Source of the DNA: Chitinophagales bacterium
Lineage (GTDB): Bacteria; Bacteroidota; Bacteroidia; Chitinophagales; CAIOSU01
Reading direction: 5' to 3'
Length of the DNA: 64,000 nucleotides
Assembly: GCA_026003335.1 (NCBI GenBank)
Contig: BPHB01000003.1
Location: 129,013 to 193,012 of the forward strand
The notes under the pieces are model-generated. The model saw only the letters and a list, made by a program, of their open reading frames with translations. It did no database searches and was not told the origin of the DNA. Both the position numbers and the translations under genes were made by a program. How positions within the stretch are numbered: position 1 is the first letter of the stretch; the number at the start of each line of letters is the position of its first letter. Of the stretch, positions 10,401 to 19,595 are shown in pieces.

Positions 10401-12126
10401 TCAGGCCCAGGATACCAGTGAGCAAGGTATGCGTACCGGATGGATGCCAGCCAGCGGGCTTATGCAGCCGGGCAAAGGCTATATTTCCCAGGGTTCAGGG
10501 CTGGTTACTTTTTCTGGCACACCCAACAATGCCTCTGTGGCAGCCCCCATAGCCATACCGGTGAGCAAGAATGTCGGTGTACAAAATAATGTCCCCTACA
10601 ATCTGGTAGGCAATCCTTTTCCATCCGCTCTGGACGGGAAAAAATTTCTGGATGTAAACGGACCTTCCGGTCGTGGTATCATCACCGGAGCGCTCTACTT
10701 CTGGGATGATGACGGATCGGGAGGGGGCGGATGGAATACTGCTCAGGACTACGCAGTATGGAATGGTGCCGGATTGGTTGCGGGATACAACAGCGGGACA
10801 TTGTTTAAAGGATTTATTGCCTCCGGGCAAAGTTTCTTCGTGGAAAAGATTGCAGATGGCACCCATACCGTGCTCTTTGACAACTCCATGCGGGCCACAG
10901 ACAATCAAGCCTTCTTCCGTCAGTCGGCTATAAACCGTTTCTGGATAAGCTTAACAGATGCTGACAGCAATTATAACGAAACCCTTATTGCCTTTTTGCC
11001 TGACGCCAGCGATAGTGTAGACCTGCAATATGATGCCAAAAAGCTTGTTGGCAATGCTGCGCTGGCATTTTACTCCAGGCTTCTGGGGCGTAATTATGCC
11101 ATTCAATCGCTGGGAACTTTGCGCGAAACGAAATCCATACCATTGGGTTATCGCACGGCCATGGGAGGTATTCTCACCCTGTCATTAAAAAATCTGGAGG
11201 GGCTGGATGAAACAGTTGTGATCATTCTGGAAGACCGGCTTACCAGTACATTTACCAACCTTCGCCTGCATAATGCCTATACTTTTACTACCGCTGCCGG
11301 CACCTATGACCAGCGGTTTGTGCTGCATATTTATCCACCGCTTCAGGTAAACACTTTCCCGGAAGATTGTGAAGGCAATCCCGGCCATATCATGGTATCG
11401 GCTCCGGGCAGTTATGTGTGGACTTATGCAGTAAGAGACTCATTGGGGAGCACCTTGTATTCAGGTAATGCTCTGGCATCATTGAATATGTTTGCCCTTT
11501 CAGCCGGCCGTTATTCCCTTGGCCTGACGGATGCATTTAATTATACCTTGACCAAGCAGGTACAGGTGCCGGGCATGAAGAAAGTCAATGCCGGTTTTTT
11601 GCATAATTATCAGAACAGGGAGATCTATCCGCACACTCAAATCCGTTTTACGGATATCACTTCCGGAGCGTCATTCAACACCTGGGATTTTGGCGATGGT
11701 CAGTATGTTGCCAATAGCCCACAACCGGTTCATGCCTATAGTGATACCGGCACCTATGAGGTTGTGCTTCAGGCATGGAATGACGAGTGCGCGGATACAT
11801 GCATGGCATCGGTAACCGTCAAAGAAAACAAAAACGCTCCTTTCCCTCCGGCTTTCGTAACCGCCTCCGGAGGCCTGGAGCAGGCATATGGTGTTAAAGT
11901 GTGGCCTTACGGGGGGAGTTTGATAATCAAATTTCTATTTGAAGATGCTGAGCCTTCAGAGGTAATACTGACTGACATTACCGGCAGGGAATTAATAACT
12001 GCAACGCTGAGCACCGGGGGAACTCACCGTTTAGAGGTTTCCGGATTATCACCGGCACTTTACATCGTAAAGATTTCATCACCGGTAAAGACCTTTGCTT
12101 ACCGGCTGTTTTTTGACGGTCGTTAA
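7444..12126 (+). CDS. large secreted multidomain protein: discoidin-like modules, clan GH-A-like glycosidase core, PKD domain, T9SS CTD
   Basis: 1560 aa. TTG start, with no in-frame ATG near the signal peptide YSFYIICCLLLWGGHAYSQ. F5/8-type-C-like motifs AIDGNNNTAWQSGG and YLIVDLGQTRQV..ARYVKIEH. MEIGNEPW (acid/base-like) and YLSEWGW (nucleophile-like) motifs. PKD motif WDFGDGQY..GTYEVVLQAWN. CTD LYIVKISSPVKTFAYRLFF. Confidence 0.7.
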   Translation: MLLTCSLDYAKFYSFYIICCLLLWGGHAYSQWNPHAGVVPSFAAGATVITSSGGNGALAIDGNNNTAWQSGGGNPVLPVGYISRPDLNILLGLGATAQYSSSGTVAAAKTTDGDLNTAAPVNLSSGSAWVRYSFAAPVSLRTLTVKCGLTASVNIIAYHQNGDSTLIGTLVAPADNFAIKKFTPLLSNVTALRMVSAAQLSVFEVAAMSGYPTEYLIVDLGQTRQVGFIETRHWSDGNARSTAIYLSNDFINWTLAGSTNPDALLSIITRPPTPVNARYVKIEHTLHEVDYAKGYVWEVKIYDKNGPFGPFPAARPHTSSVRDILGINGIWGWGHNMFTNSIPLGQGASRFNQIATHARNYHNMHWDVDDPDDIPDYANMPFGLAVWWLDWDREYLAWNNYGLKVQASIQFNEWIPQTRMIKWDDPYGAAYNYGYAFARHFGPTYGNGLVEIMEIGNEPWTYPASFYLTVFEGMLRGAKDADPNMKVLPCALQSHDPGAENAVGGNYMGARLTPALAAMVDGINVHHYSYTTDQNGTRIAVHPEHPESEMRHIVNDIRFRDANMPGKKIYLSEWGWDSEGAGEGCTFGECVSEYEQAVYAVRGAMMFMRLGIDRITWYFYGNQASGNIYSRSGLEGNPPDHLEKRAYKSFRSFVHLLGDKRFLDVLHEDETAWIYLFGDASNHPTHLVAWRPIEGDDLSTLQYNLPTSLLPDSAWIISGLNYTGEAAPLPPYQSGTMQLTLRSAPLVVKVTVPPATVYTWSGHSSDEWNNPLNWYNYSVPGPGAQVIIPGGRPHYPAAYTAPVEVGRLVLESGSQMTLVPGSNLTVTDSLILNGGTLITASVGGLSPELHIKGHFVQKSGAFQPGTSKVVINGSGNQTISGTLRFHHLMVESGSSLELSGPVTVSGIISVMTGATLYTNGLLTIESGGSLMHGLNTPGGQEGAVIGDIAIRRQGSTSPHKYNFWSSPVQQAQVSILGSTPYYYHPSQAQDTSEQGMRTGWMPASGLMQPGKGYISQGSGLVTFSGTPNNASVAAPIAIPVSKNVGVQNNVPYNLVGNPFPSALDGKKFLDVNGPSGRGIITGALYFWDDDGSGGGGWNTAQDYAVWNGAGLVAGYNSGTLFKGFIASGQSFFVEKIADGTHTVLFDNSMRATDNQAFFRQSAINRFWISLTDADSNYNETLIAFLPDASDSVDLQYDAKKLVGNAALAFYSRLLGRNYAIQSLGTLRETKSIPLGYRTAMGGILTLSLKNLEGLDETVVIILEDRLTSTFTNLRLHNAYTFTTAAGTYDQRFVLHIYPPLQVNTFPEDCEGNPGHIMVSAPGSYVWTYAVRDSLGSTLYSGNALASLNMFALSAGRYSLGLTDAFNYTLTKQVQVPGMKKVNAGFLHNYQNREIYPHTQIRFTDITSGASFNTWDFGDGQYVANSPQPVHAYSDTGTYEVVLQAWNDECADTCMASVTVKENKNAPFPPAFVTASGGLEQAYGVKVWPYGGSLIIKFLFEDAEPSEVILTDITGRELITATLSTGGTHRLEVSGLSPALYIVKISSPVKTFAYRLFFDGR

Positions 12127-13436
12127 TGGCGTGCCAGAGCTTCTTTGTATGCCTGTAAAGCTCTTTTTACGGCAAGCTCATTGTCCACAATAGGAAGCGG
12201 ATATGCCGTAGTACCCAATTCCGGAATCCATTGGCGGATGTAGCGTTGCTGCGGATCAAACTTGCGTGCCTGCAACTGCGGATTAAAAATGCGGAAATAA
12301 GGAGCGGCATCGGTACCTGTGCCGGCAGCCCATTGCCATCCTCCATTGTTAGAAGCCAGTTCATAATCCAGCAGTTTGCGGGCGAAATAAGCCTCTCCCC
12401 AGCGCCAGTCAATAAGCAGTTGCTTGGTAAGAAAACTGGCTGTAATCATGCGCAGGCGATTATGCATGTAGCCGGTAGCATTTAATTCACGCATACCGGC
12501 ATCTACAATAGGAAAGCCGGTTTTGCCTTCACACCATTTTTGAAAATGAACTTCATTGTTAATCCAGGCTATACGGTCATACTGCGGCTTGAAGGAGGAA
12601 TGAACCACATGAGGAAACGAGTAAAGAATCATTTGATAAAATTCCCGCCAGATCAGTTCGTTGAGAAAAGTTTCATTAAGCTGCAAGGCCCTTGCTGCAA
12701 GCGCGCGAATACTGATGGTGCCGAAACGCAGGTGTACACTAAGCCTTGAAGTTCCATTCAAAAAGGGGAAGTCACGTGTTTTGTCATAATTGCGTATTCG
12801 TGCGTCAGATACCAGAGCAGGAGGAAAGGCACAGCCGGTGGCTTTGAATCCAATGTCTTTCAGGGAAGGAATGGCCTGAGATGGCGACTGAACAAAATTT
12901 CTGTAGTAGTTGTGACATGGATAGGGCTTCAAATAAAAATCGGAGAGTTTTTCTTTCCACTTTTTGCTGTAGGGAGTGAAGACCGTGTAGGGTTCCCCGT
13001 AGTCCTTTCTGATTTCCTCTTTTTCAAAAATTACCTGGTCTTTGTAGGTTTTAAAGGGAATTCCTTTTTCTTGCAGAAATCGCTTTATCGTGTTGTCCCG
13101 CTCTATGGCATAAGGCTCGTAATCATGATTGGCGACAACCAGCCCTATGCGATATTTTTCGGTGATCTTTTTGAAAGCATTCAAAGGTGTGTCATGCATT
13201 ACGGTAAGGGTGCTGCCCACATTATTGAGCTCTTCATTCAAACGCACAAGAGAGTGATGAATAAATTCTACTCTGCGGTCATCACGGTCCTGCAGGCGGT
13301 TTAATATGTGGATGTCAAAGACGAAAAGCGGTAAAACCTTAAGGCCGCTCCGCAGGGCGTGATAGAGACCGGCATTATCCTGTAAGCGCAGGTCGCGTCT
13401 GAACCAGAATATGCAAATCGGGCTGTTTGTTACCAT
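12123..13436 (-). CDS. phr: deoxyribodipyrimidine photolyase / cryptochrome family protein
   Basis: 437 aa. N-terminal FWFRRDLRLQDNAGL. FAD-binding C-terminal signature TGFPIVDAGMRELNATGYMHNRLRMITASFL..WGEAYF..LLDYELASNNGGWQWAAGTG. Confidence 0.88.
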   Translation of the reverse strand: MVTNSPICIFWFRRDLRLQDNAGLYHALRSGLKVLPLFVFDIHILNRLQDRDDRRVEFIHHSLVRLNEELNNVGSTLTVMHDTPLNAFKKITEKYRIGLVVANHDYEPYAIERDNTIKRFLQEKGIPFKTYKDQVIFEKEEIRKDYGEPYTVFTPYSKKWKEKLSDFYLKPYPCHNYYRNFVQSPSQAIPSLKDIGFKATGCAFPPALVSDARIRNYDKTRDFPFLNGTSRLSVHLRFGTISIRALAARALQLNETFLNELIWREFYQMILYSFPHVVHSSFKPQYDRIAWINNEVHFQKWCEGKTGFPIVDAGMRELNATGYMHNRLRMITASFLTKQLLIDWRWGEAYFARKLLDYELASNNGGWQWAAGTGTDAAPYFRIFNPQLQARKFDPQQRYIRQWIPELGTTAYPLPIVDNELAVKRALQAYKEALARH

Positions 13437-14284
13437 GATGAGGTGCGCAGTACCTGTGTTTGTAAAAGTGCAGAGAGCCGTGTGGCCAGCTCATGTCCAT
13501 AAGAATAGTTTTCAAAGTGCTTGACCCAACGGATTCCGCTCAAGGCATTGGTGAGAAAAACTTCATCAGCCTGTTTTAGCATTTGTGGTGTGATTTTTTT
13601 TTCTTTCACTGCGATGCCATTATCCTGCGCAAGGCGTATCACAATCCTGCGCATAATGCCATCCACGCAGCCCTCGCTGATCGGTGGTGTGAGAAGATGA
13701 TTTTTGGAAAGCAGAAAAATGTTTGAGCTGGAAGCCTCACAGATGTTTCCGGAGGTATTTACAATAATGCTGTCATCGGCTTTACGTTTACGGGCATAGA
13801 GTGCAGCAAGCACGTAAACCAATGCGCTGGTAGTTTTAAAAGGAGAGAGCAAACCCGGAGCTTTGCGTTGTCCTGAAAATATGCAGATGCGCAGACCTTC
13901 TTTGTTTAGGGCAAAAAGCTTTTGTTTGAGCGGCTCAGCTTCTATCAGAAACTCAGCATGGTGCGATTGTGGCTGATATTTGCCGTTACCCTTCCGGAAC
14001 ATTGTCAGCCGCACGGAAAACACAGGAGCGGATGCCTGATGTTTGAGTAAATCCAGAATAAGGTGTTCTATTGTTTTTAGCGAATAAGGCGAAGCGCACT
14101 GCATGGACAACACGAGCATACCTCGCTGCAACCTTTCACTATGTAATGTATAAAAAGGAATAGTATCAGGAAAAGCAATCATGGATTCAAAGAGACCATC
14201 TCCGTAACGAAAAGAGCGGTTGGTGTTTTCAAAAAGAGAAACATCGGCTTGCAGCAGTTTGCCGTTATGATTGACCCAACGCAT
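13430..14284 (-). CDS. class IV aminotransferase family protein (aminodeoxychorismate lyase-like)
   Basis: 284 aa. Motifs FRYGDGLFESM, CEASSSNIFLL and GCVDGIMR are typical of PLP fold-type IV enzymes. Overlaps the photolyase start by 7 nt. Confidence 0.7.
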   Translation of the reverse strand: MRWVNHNGKLLQADVSLFENTNRSFRYGDGLFESMIAFPDTIPFYTLHSERLQRGMLVLSMQCASPYSLKTIEHLILDLLKHQASAPVFSVRLTMFRKGNGKYQPQSHHAEFLIEAEPLKQKLFALNKEGLRICIFSGQRKAPGLLSPFKTTSALVYVLAALYARKRKADDSIIVNTSGNICEASSSNIFLLSKNHLLTPPISEGCVDGIMRRIVIRLAQDNGIAVKEKKITPQMLKQADEVFLTNALSGIRWVKHFENYSYGHELATRLSALLQTQVLRTSSW

Positions 14285-14286
14285 GC

Positions 14287-15414
14287 TCAGTTGGTCATTT
14301 CAATATTAGCCGGCAGGGTGTAGTCCCATTCGTCCATGGCAAATTTCCATCGCGCATAAATTTTTTCTACTATTTGGGGTGAAATATGATGCCTGTTTGT
14401 CCGGTAATTCCTTTGCTCTTTCACATGTTTTTCTATAGAAGGCAGAGCTCTTTCAAAACTCGGTAAGCATAGGGTAGAATAAATGTGCCGGATGGTGTCC
14501 ACCGGATTTTCTGCGAACTCTTCATAACTCACTTCAACCAGTTGGTTTTTAGGTATTAGATTGCGATCGCGCAGATAAGCCCGCATCATTCTCTCATAAA
14601 CCCATAAAATATTCTCCTCCAGTTGTGCATCGGTAATGTTATGCAGCTGCAGTGGCGGCAGAGAGGCTTTGAACATTTTTTTTGTGGAAATAAAAACATG
14701 TATCGGGTTGCGGTAAATATGAATGAAGCGTGCCTCGGGAAACATTTCAAGCAAAACCTTTATCCTGCCCGTATGCGGAGGGTTTTTAGAAATAAACCGC
14801 TTGCCTTTGGTGTAAATGAGTGCCTTCTTGACAATGCGGAGATATTTTTTCTTCCAGTAATTGCGCAGTTGTTCTGAAACCCCGCTGAATTCCACATATT
14901 TCTGATAATACTCTTTGGTTTTCTTCGGGTATATCATGAAGTTGTAAAAGCCATAGGGATGTGTGTTTGTGATTGCCACTTCGTCTTCCTGCGGAGAATC
15001 AGGTGCAATAGCCATATTGTCAAATGCCCTTTTCTCTGGTAATTTTTTTTGCATAAAACGCTTGAACAGCCACTGTCCGCCAAGCAGCAATTCCGGGAAC
15101 ACAGTTTGATATGTCGTGATATAGCCGGCTGTTGGATCTTCACAGAGCAGGTTATGCAAAAAAGTGGTACCGCTTCTCCAGTGGCCGAGAATGAATACGG
15201 GAGGCTCTTCAATACGGAAACGTTTCACCTGCCGGTCATAGCGGATATGCTCCCACCAGCGAAAAGGCTCACCTGCCAGGCTGAATGCAAGAGAATTAAA
15301 GGTTTTCAGATAGTAAGGTGGCTCAACACGGCTGTCCTTTATTATCCGAATTGCATTGCAGGTAGAACTCCCTGATATTACGGAAATATTGAAGTCAAAA
15401 TCACCTTTGCTCAT
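14287..15414 (-). CDS. sulfotransferase family protein
   Basis: 375 aa. PAPS 5'-phosphosulfate loop HWRSGTTFLHNLL and 3'-phosphate region HIYRNPIHVFIS. Confidence 0.75.
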   Translation of the reverse strand: MSKGDFDFNISVISGSSTCNAIRIIKDSRVEPPYYLKTFNSLAFSLAGEPFRWWEHIRYDRQVKRFRIEEPPVFILGHWRSGTTFLHNLLCEDPTAGYITTYQTVFPELLLGGQWLFKRFMQKKLPEKRAFDNMAIAPDSPQEDEVAITNTHPYGFYNFMIYPKKTKEYYQKYVEFSGVSEQLRNYWKKKYLRIVKKALIYTKGKRFISKNPPHTGRIKVLLEMFPEARFIHIYRNPIHVFISTKKMFKASLPPLQLHNITDAQLEENILWVYERMMRAYLRDRNLIPKNQLVEVSYEEFAENPVDTIRHIYSTLCLPSFERALPSIEKHVKEQRNYRTNRHHISPQIVEKIYARWKFAMDEWDYTLPANIEMTN

Positions 15415-15439
15415 AAGAGCCTCATTTTACTCTTAATAT

Positions 15440-16057
15440 TTATTCTGATTCTGTTGGGGCAGACCCACGCAAAATTAATACACTATCCGGTCCGAGATTG
15501 AATAACAGGTCAACGATGCTGAGCTCTTCTATAAAGCCAGTTCGTTCAATGAAAACCTGCGGATAAGGCGGAGAGGAAACCGGTAATGGTTTTCCCCGAT
15601 AATCAGAATACTGCGGGGGTGCATGTTTCCGGTAGTTTTCCGTAAAAGTCAACGGCACAGTGATATGCAGCAGGCGCAGGATAGTTTTGAGCAATTCCAG
15701 ATTAAAGGCAAACAGAGAATCACATTTTTCACGGTAAAAAGAAGCCAGATGCTCTTCATAATATTCAAAGTATGGGGAGCTGCGATAGCATGCGCAAAGA
15801 CTGTTCCAGTGGATTCTTTGCCACGGAATATCATAAGAGATGCGCACGTCTGCATATTTTCTGCGCTGGCTACGTCCGTGCAGCAGCGGAATGGTCAGGC
15901 GAAGCCTCCCTTCAGGGCTGGCTATGTAGCACCGGTTGCGGTAGGTTGACTTTACAAAATGCTCATGCTGCTCCAGGCAAACCGACTCATGCCGGAGTGC
16001 AAGAGCAAACCAGGATACAGGGGGTAAGTAGTACAGTTCTGTCAGCAAGACGCTCAT
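15440..16057 (-). CDS. WbqC-like family protein
   Basis: The ORF track extends to 16174. The ATG at 16057 (MSVLLTELYYLPPVSWFAL) avoids overlap with the divergent gene at 16098 and gives about 205 aa, the WbqC-typical length and N-terminus. Confidence 0.6.
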   Translation of the reverse strand: MSVLLTELYYLPPVSWFALALRHESVCLEQHEHFVKSTYRNRCYIASPEGRLRLTIPLLHGRSQRRKYADVRISYDIPWQRIHWNSLCACYRSSPYFEYYEEHLASFYREKCDSLFAFNLELLKTILRLLHITVPLTFTENYRKHAPPQYSDYRGKPLPVSSPPYPQVFIERTGFIEELSIVDLLFNLGPDSVLILRGSAPTESE

Positions 16058-16097
16058 TGCTTCAATAGATTGCCTAAATTTATAGGACATTTGGATC

Positions 16098-17612
16098 ATG
16101 CAATCATTTTCATTACGTTTTCTGTTGTCTTTGTTCCTGGCTGCCGGTTCAGGAGTTTGGTCTTTGGCAGCCATTCAGCCGTTTGTTAATGTCAATGTGT
16201 TTTATGCTCCTGGCATTGGGACTTATGTAGAGACCGATATCCTAATTCTGGGAAATGGACCGAAATATGTTTTGCTTGACAATGGTAACTATAAATGTAC
16301 GGTGGAAATCACTTTGCTGATGAAACAGGATTCTTCGGTGGTAGCTTTTGAAAAATATCGCCTTCACAGTGCAGAGTCAGCAGATACGGCCATACTGGCT
16401 GCACAAGGGCTGCTTGATCGCAGGCGGTTTGTGCTACAACCGGGTGTTTATGCCCTGGAAGCGACATTCACAGATATCAATAACCCCAAAGACACATTTA
16501 GCTATACAGAACCCGTTCTTATTGACTACGATTCCCTGAAGCCTTCCATTTCGGATATTGTGCTGCTGGATGCATATGAAAAACAAGACGACACCACCCT
16601 ATACCTATATGTGAAAAATGGCTACAGGATGATTCCCCGTGTAGTCAATTATTATCCGCGTGCCAACAACCGGCTATCTTTTTACGCAGAAATATATCAT
16701 GTAGATAAAATGCCTGACGGGCTGGCACTGGTTGTATCTTCGGTCAAAACATTCAGAGAAGCTTCGGTGGCAGGCAATTTGATTTCCTATCAGAAATTAT
16801 CTGGCAGTTCGGTTAATCCCCTCCTGCTGGAGTTTGATATTTCGCGGCTGTTCACCGGCAATTACAACCTGGTTATAGAATTGCGGGATAAAAACAACAC
16901 GCTGCTTGCCATGCGTAAACTCTTTTTCCAGAGATACAACCAGCCTGAAGAAATTACCCAGGATGAAATGCAGCACTATTTTGTTGAAAACACTTTTGTG
17001 GAGAAATTACAAATTCCGGAGCTGGAATACCATCTCAAATCGCTGCTGCCAATTGCCAATGCAGCTGAAGCAAACACAATTGGTAATCTTACCCGCGGTA
17101 AAACCCGCGATCGTCAGGCGATGCAACGTTTTTTACTTTACTTCTGGTCGGTGCGCAATCCGGATAAGCCCATGGATGCCTGGAAAAACTATCAGGAAAG
17201 GGTGAAGGAAGTAAATGATAATTTCGGCACTCCCTTGCTTTATGGTTTTATGACTGACCGGGGGCGCGTGTATCTGCAATACGGACCTCCCACTGACCGC
17301 AGGGAAATGCCCCGCGAGCCGGGAGCCAAGCCTTATGAGATATGGCAATATAATGCAACCGAAACCGGAGAGCTGAATGTGCGATTTATTTTTTACAATC
17401 CTGACCTGGTTTCCAATGATTACATCCTGCTGCATTCCACAGCGAGTGGTGAGGTTAAAAATGAACAATGGCAGAGCGTGATTTACGGATCATTTACCGG
17501 AGGAGAAAACCCTGTGAACTCCGGTCGTCCTATGTGGTTTCATTTCGGTTCGCGCACGGATGAATTTTTCCGTGAGGAAAACAATGATATGTTTCAAAGA
17601 AGAGTGGAATGA
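16098..17612 (+). CDS. GWxTD domain-containing protein (secreted)
   Basis: 504 aa. Signal peptide MQSFSLRFLLSLFLAAGSGVWSLAA. GWxTD-type motif YGFMTDRGRVYLQYGPPTDR. Confidence 0.75.
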   Translation: MQSFSLRFLLSLFLAAGSGVWSLAAIQPFVNVNVFYAPGIGTYVETDILILGNGPKYVLLDNGNYKCTVEITLLMKQDSSVVAFEKYRLHSAESADTAILAAQGLLDRRRFVLQPGVYALEATFTDINNPKDTFSYTEPVLIDYDSLKPSISDIVLLDAYEKQDDTTLYLYVKNGYRMIPRVVNYYPRANNRLSFYAEIYHVDKMPDGLALVVSSVKTFREASVAGNLISYQKLSGSSVNPLLLEFDISRLFTGNYNLVIELRDKNNTLLAMRKLFFQRYNQPEEITQDEMQHYFVENTFVEKLQIPELEYHLKSLLPIANAAEANTIGNLTRGKTRDRQAMQRFLLYFWSVRNPDKPMDAWKNYQERVKEVNDNFGTPLLYGFMTDRGRVYLQYGPPTDRREMPREPGAKPYEIWQYNATETGELNVRFIFYNPDLVSNDYILLHSTASGEVKNEQWQSVIYGSFTGGENPVNSGRPMWFHFGSRTDEFFREENNDMFQRRVE

Positions 17613-18502
17613 GGCAGCTTGTCTTCCTGGCGGTGCGCGCAATACAAACATTGTTAATCCCTCTCTCGTTGTTGCCTTATCCGATACTGTTTGTTTTGTC
17701 AGATGTTCTGTTTGTGGTGATTTTTTACGTGGTCCGCTATCGCAGAAAAGTCGTGTTTGAAAACTTGCGTCTCTGTTTTCCCGATAAGAATGAGGCCGAA
17801 ATAAAAAAAATTGCAAAAGCATATTATCACCATCTGTGCGACCTGATGGTGGAAAATATCAAACTATTCACGCTTTCATCAAAACAGATCATGCACAGGT
17901 GCCTCATTTCCGGAACGGAAATCATTGACTGGCATTTTAGTCAGGGCAAAAGTGTGGTGGTAGCTCTTGGACATTGTGGCAACTGGGAGCTGGCAGGTCT
18001 GGCAACAAGCCTGCATTTTAGGCAACGCGCTGTTGCCCTGTACAAGCCGATAAAGAATCAATATGCCGACCTGCTTATGCTGCGTTTACGTTCAAAATTC
18101 GGAATGATGCTCATTCCCCTTTCTAGGGTGCGCAGCCTCTGGCGCAGGATGAACGGGCAGCCCTATCTGTTTATTTTTATTACGGATCAGTCACCTTCCA
18201 ACAGCGAAACTGCTTACTGGACACGTTTCCTCAACCGCGACACGGCAGTGTACAGGGGAGTGGAAAGATTTGCCCGCATGGAGGGCATGCCGGTGCTCTT
18301 TGCTGACATTCGCAAAATCAAACGGGGGTATTATCATATTCAAGTTGTGCCCATTAGTGACGATGCTGCCCAGGCAAGAGAAGGGGAGGTCACTGAAAAA
18401 TTTATGCGGGAGCTGGAAAAGGCCATATTAAGAGATCCGACCATCTGGCTCTGGTCACACCGCAGGTGGAAGCGCACGCGTCCTGCCATACCGGCTGATT
18501 AA
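17609..18502 (+). CDS. lysophospholipid / lipid A biosynthesis acyltransferase family protein (LpxL/HtrB-like)
   Basis: 297 aa. N-terminal TM segment and HCGNWELAG (HX4E/D acyltransferase motif). ATGA overlap with the preceding stop. Confidence 0.75.
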   Translation: MRQLVFLAVRAIQTLLIPLSLLPYPILFVLSDVLFVVIFYVVRYRRKVVFENLRLCFPDKNEAEIKKIAKAYYHHLCDLMVENIKLFTLSSKQIMHRCLISGTEIIDWHFSQGKSVVVALGHCGNWELAGLATSLHFRQRAVALYKPIKNQYADLLMLRLRSKFGMMLIPLSRVRSLWRRMNGQPYLFIFITDQSPSNSETAYWTRFLNRDTAVYRGVERFARMEGMPVLFADIRKIKRGYYHIQVVPISDDAAQAREGEVTEKFMRELEKAILRDPTIWLWSHRRWKRTRPAIPAD

Positions 18503-18536
18503 AAAAAGTGCCAGCTGATCATTAGGTTTGCGGTCC

Positions 18537-19595
18537 ATGCATACACAGCTTCCTTTTGTTGCCGTTGTGATATTGAGCTGGAACGGCAAAAAATATCTGC
18601 AACAGTTTCTTCCGGCTCTTTTACGGACTACATATCCCAATGCCCGTTTTTATGTGGCTGATAATGCCTCCGGAGATGGTACGGATGCATTTGTCCGAGA
18701 GCACTTTCCTTCAGTTCATCTGCTGAGGTTGCAAAAGAATAATGGCTTTGCTGGCGGCTATAACCTTGCCTTGGCACAAATAGAAGCAGATTATTATGTG
18801 CTGCTGAATCAGGATGTGGAAGTTACTCCCGGATGGATTGAGCCCGTTGTTTCCCTCATGCAAGCAGACAGCCTTATTGCAGCCGCCCAACCCAAAATAA
18901 GAGCATTTCATCAGAGGTCATTTTTTGAATATGCCGGTGCTGCAGGCGGCTTTCTTGACCGGCACGGATTCGCCTTTTGCCGCGGACGTTTTTTCAATAT
19001 GGTTGAAGAAGACCATGGTCAGTATGATGAAGAGACTGAAATTGTGTGGGCTACAGGGGCTGCCTTGTTTATCAAGGCCAACATATTCCACCGGCTGGGA
19101 GGACTGGATGCGGATTTTTTCGCGCACTTTGAAGAGATTGACCTCTGCTGGCGTATAAAAAATGCGGGATATAAAGTGTATTGTTGCCCCCGTTCAGTAG
19201 TTTATCATGTGGGCGGAGGCAGCCTTCCGCCTACCAATCCCCGAAAAACCTATCTCAACTACAGAAACAACCTGAGTGCAATAGTGAAAAACACGACAGG
19301 AAGTCAACTTTTCCCCGTGCTGCTGGTCCGCCTGTTGCTGGATATACTCTCTGCCCTTAAACTATTGTTTACAGGGAAGGTACAAGACTTTCTGGCTGTG
19401 CTTCGGGCACATGCTTTTTTTATCACACATCTGCATCAGCTTCTCGGTAAAAGAAAAGAGGCATGGTGTGTAGTGCACATGCACAGGATAGGTGTGCCAA
19501 ACCGCAAAGGCTTTTACCGGGGCAGTATTATCTGGGCTCACTTTGTGGAGGGCAAAAACTGCTTCAGCGAGCTTTTGAGGGAAAAATTCTTTTGA
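18537..19595 (+). CDS. family 2 glycosyltransferase
   Basis: ATG at 18537 (the track starts at TTG 18528). VAVVILSWNGKKYLQQFLP, NNGFAGGYN and LNQDVE motifs of the GT-A fold. Confidence 0.8.
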   Translation: MHTQLPFVAVVILSWNGKKYLQQFLPALLRTTYPNARFYVADNASGDGTDAFVREHFPSVHLLRLQKNNGFAGGYNLALAQIEADYYVLLNQDVEVTPGWIEPVVSLMQADSLIAAAQPKIRAFHQRSFFEYAGAAGGFLDRHGFAFCRGRFFNMVEEDHGQYDEETEIVWATGAALFIKANIFHRLGGLDADFFAHFEEIDLCWRIKNAGYKVYCCPRSVVYHVGGGSLPPTNPRKTYLNYRNNLSAIVKNTTGSQLFPVLLVRLLLDILSALKLLFTGKVQDFLAVLRAHAFFITHLHQLLGKRKEAWCVVHMHRIGVPNRKGFYRGSIIWAHFVEGKNCFSELLREKFF

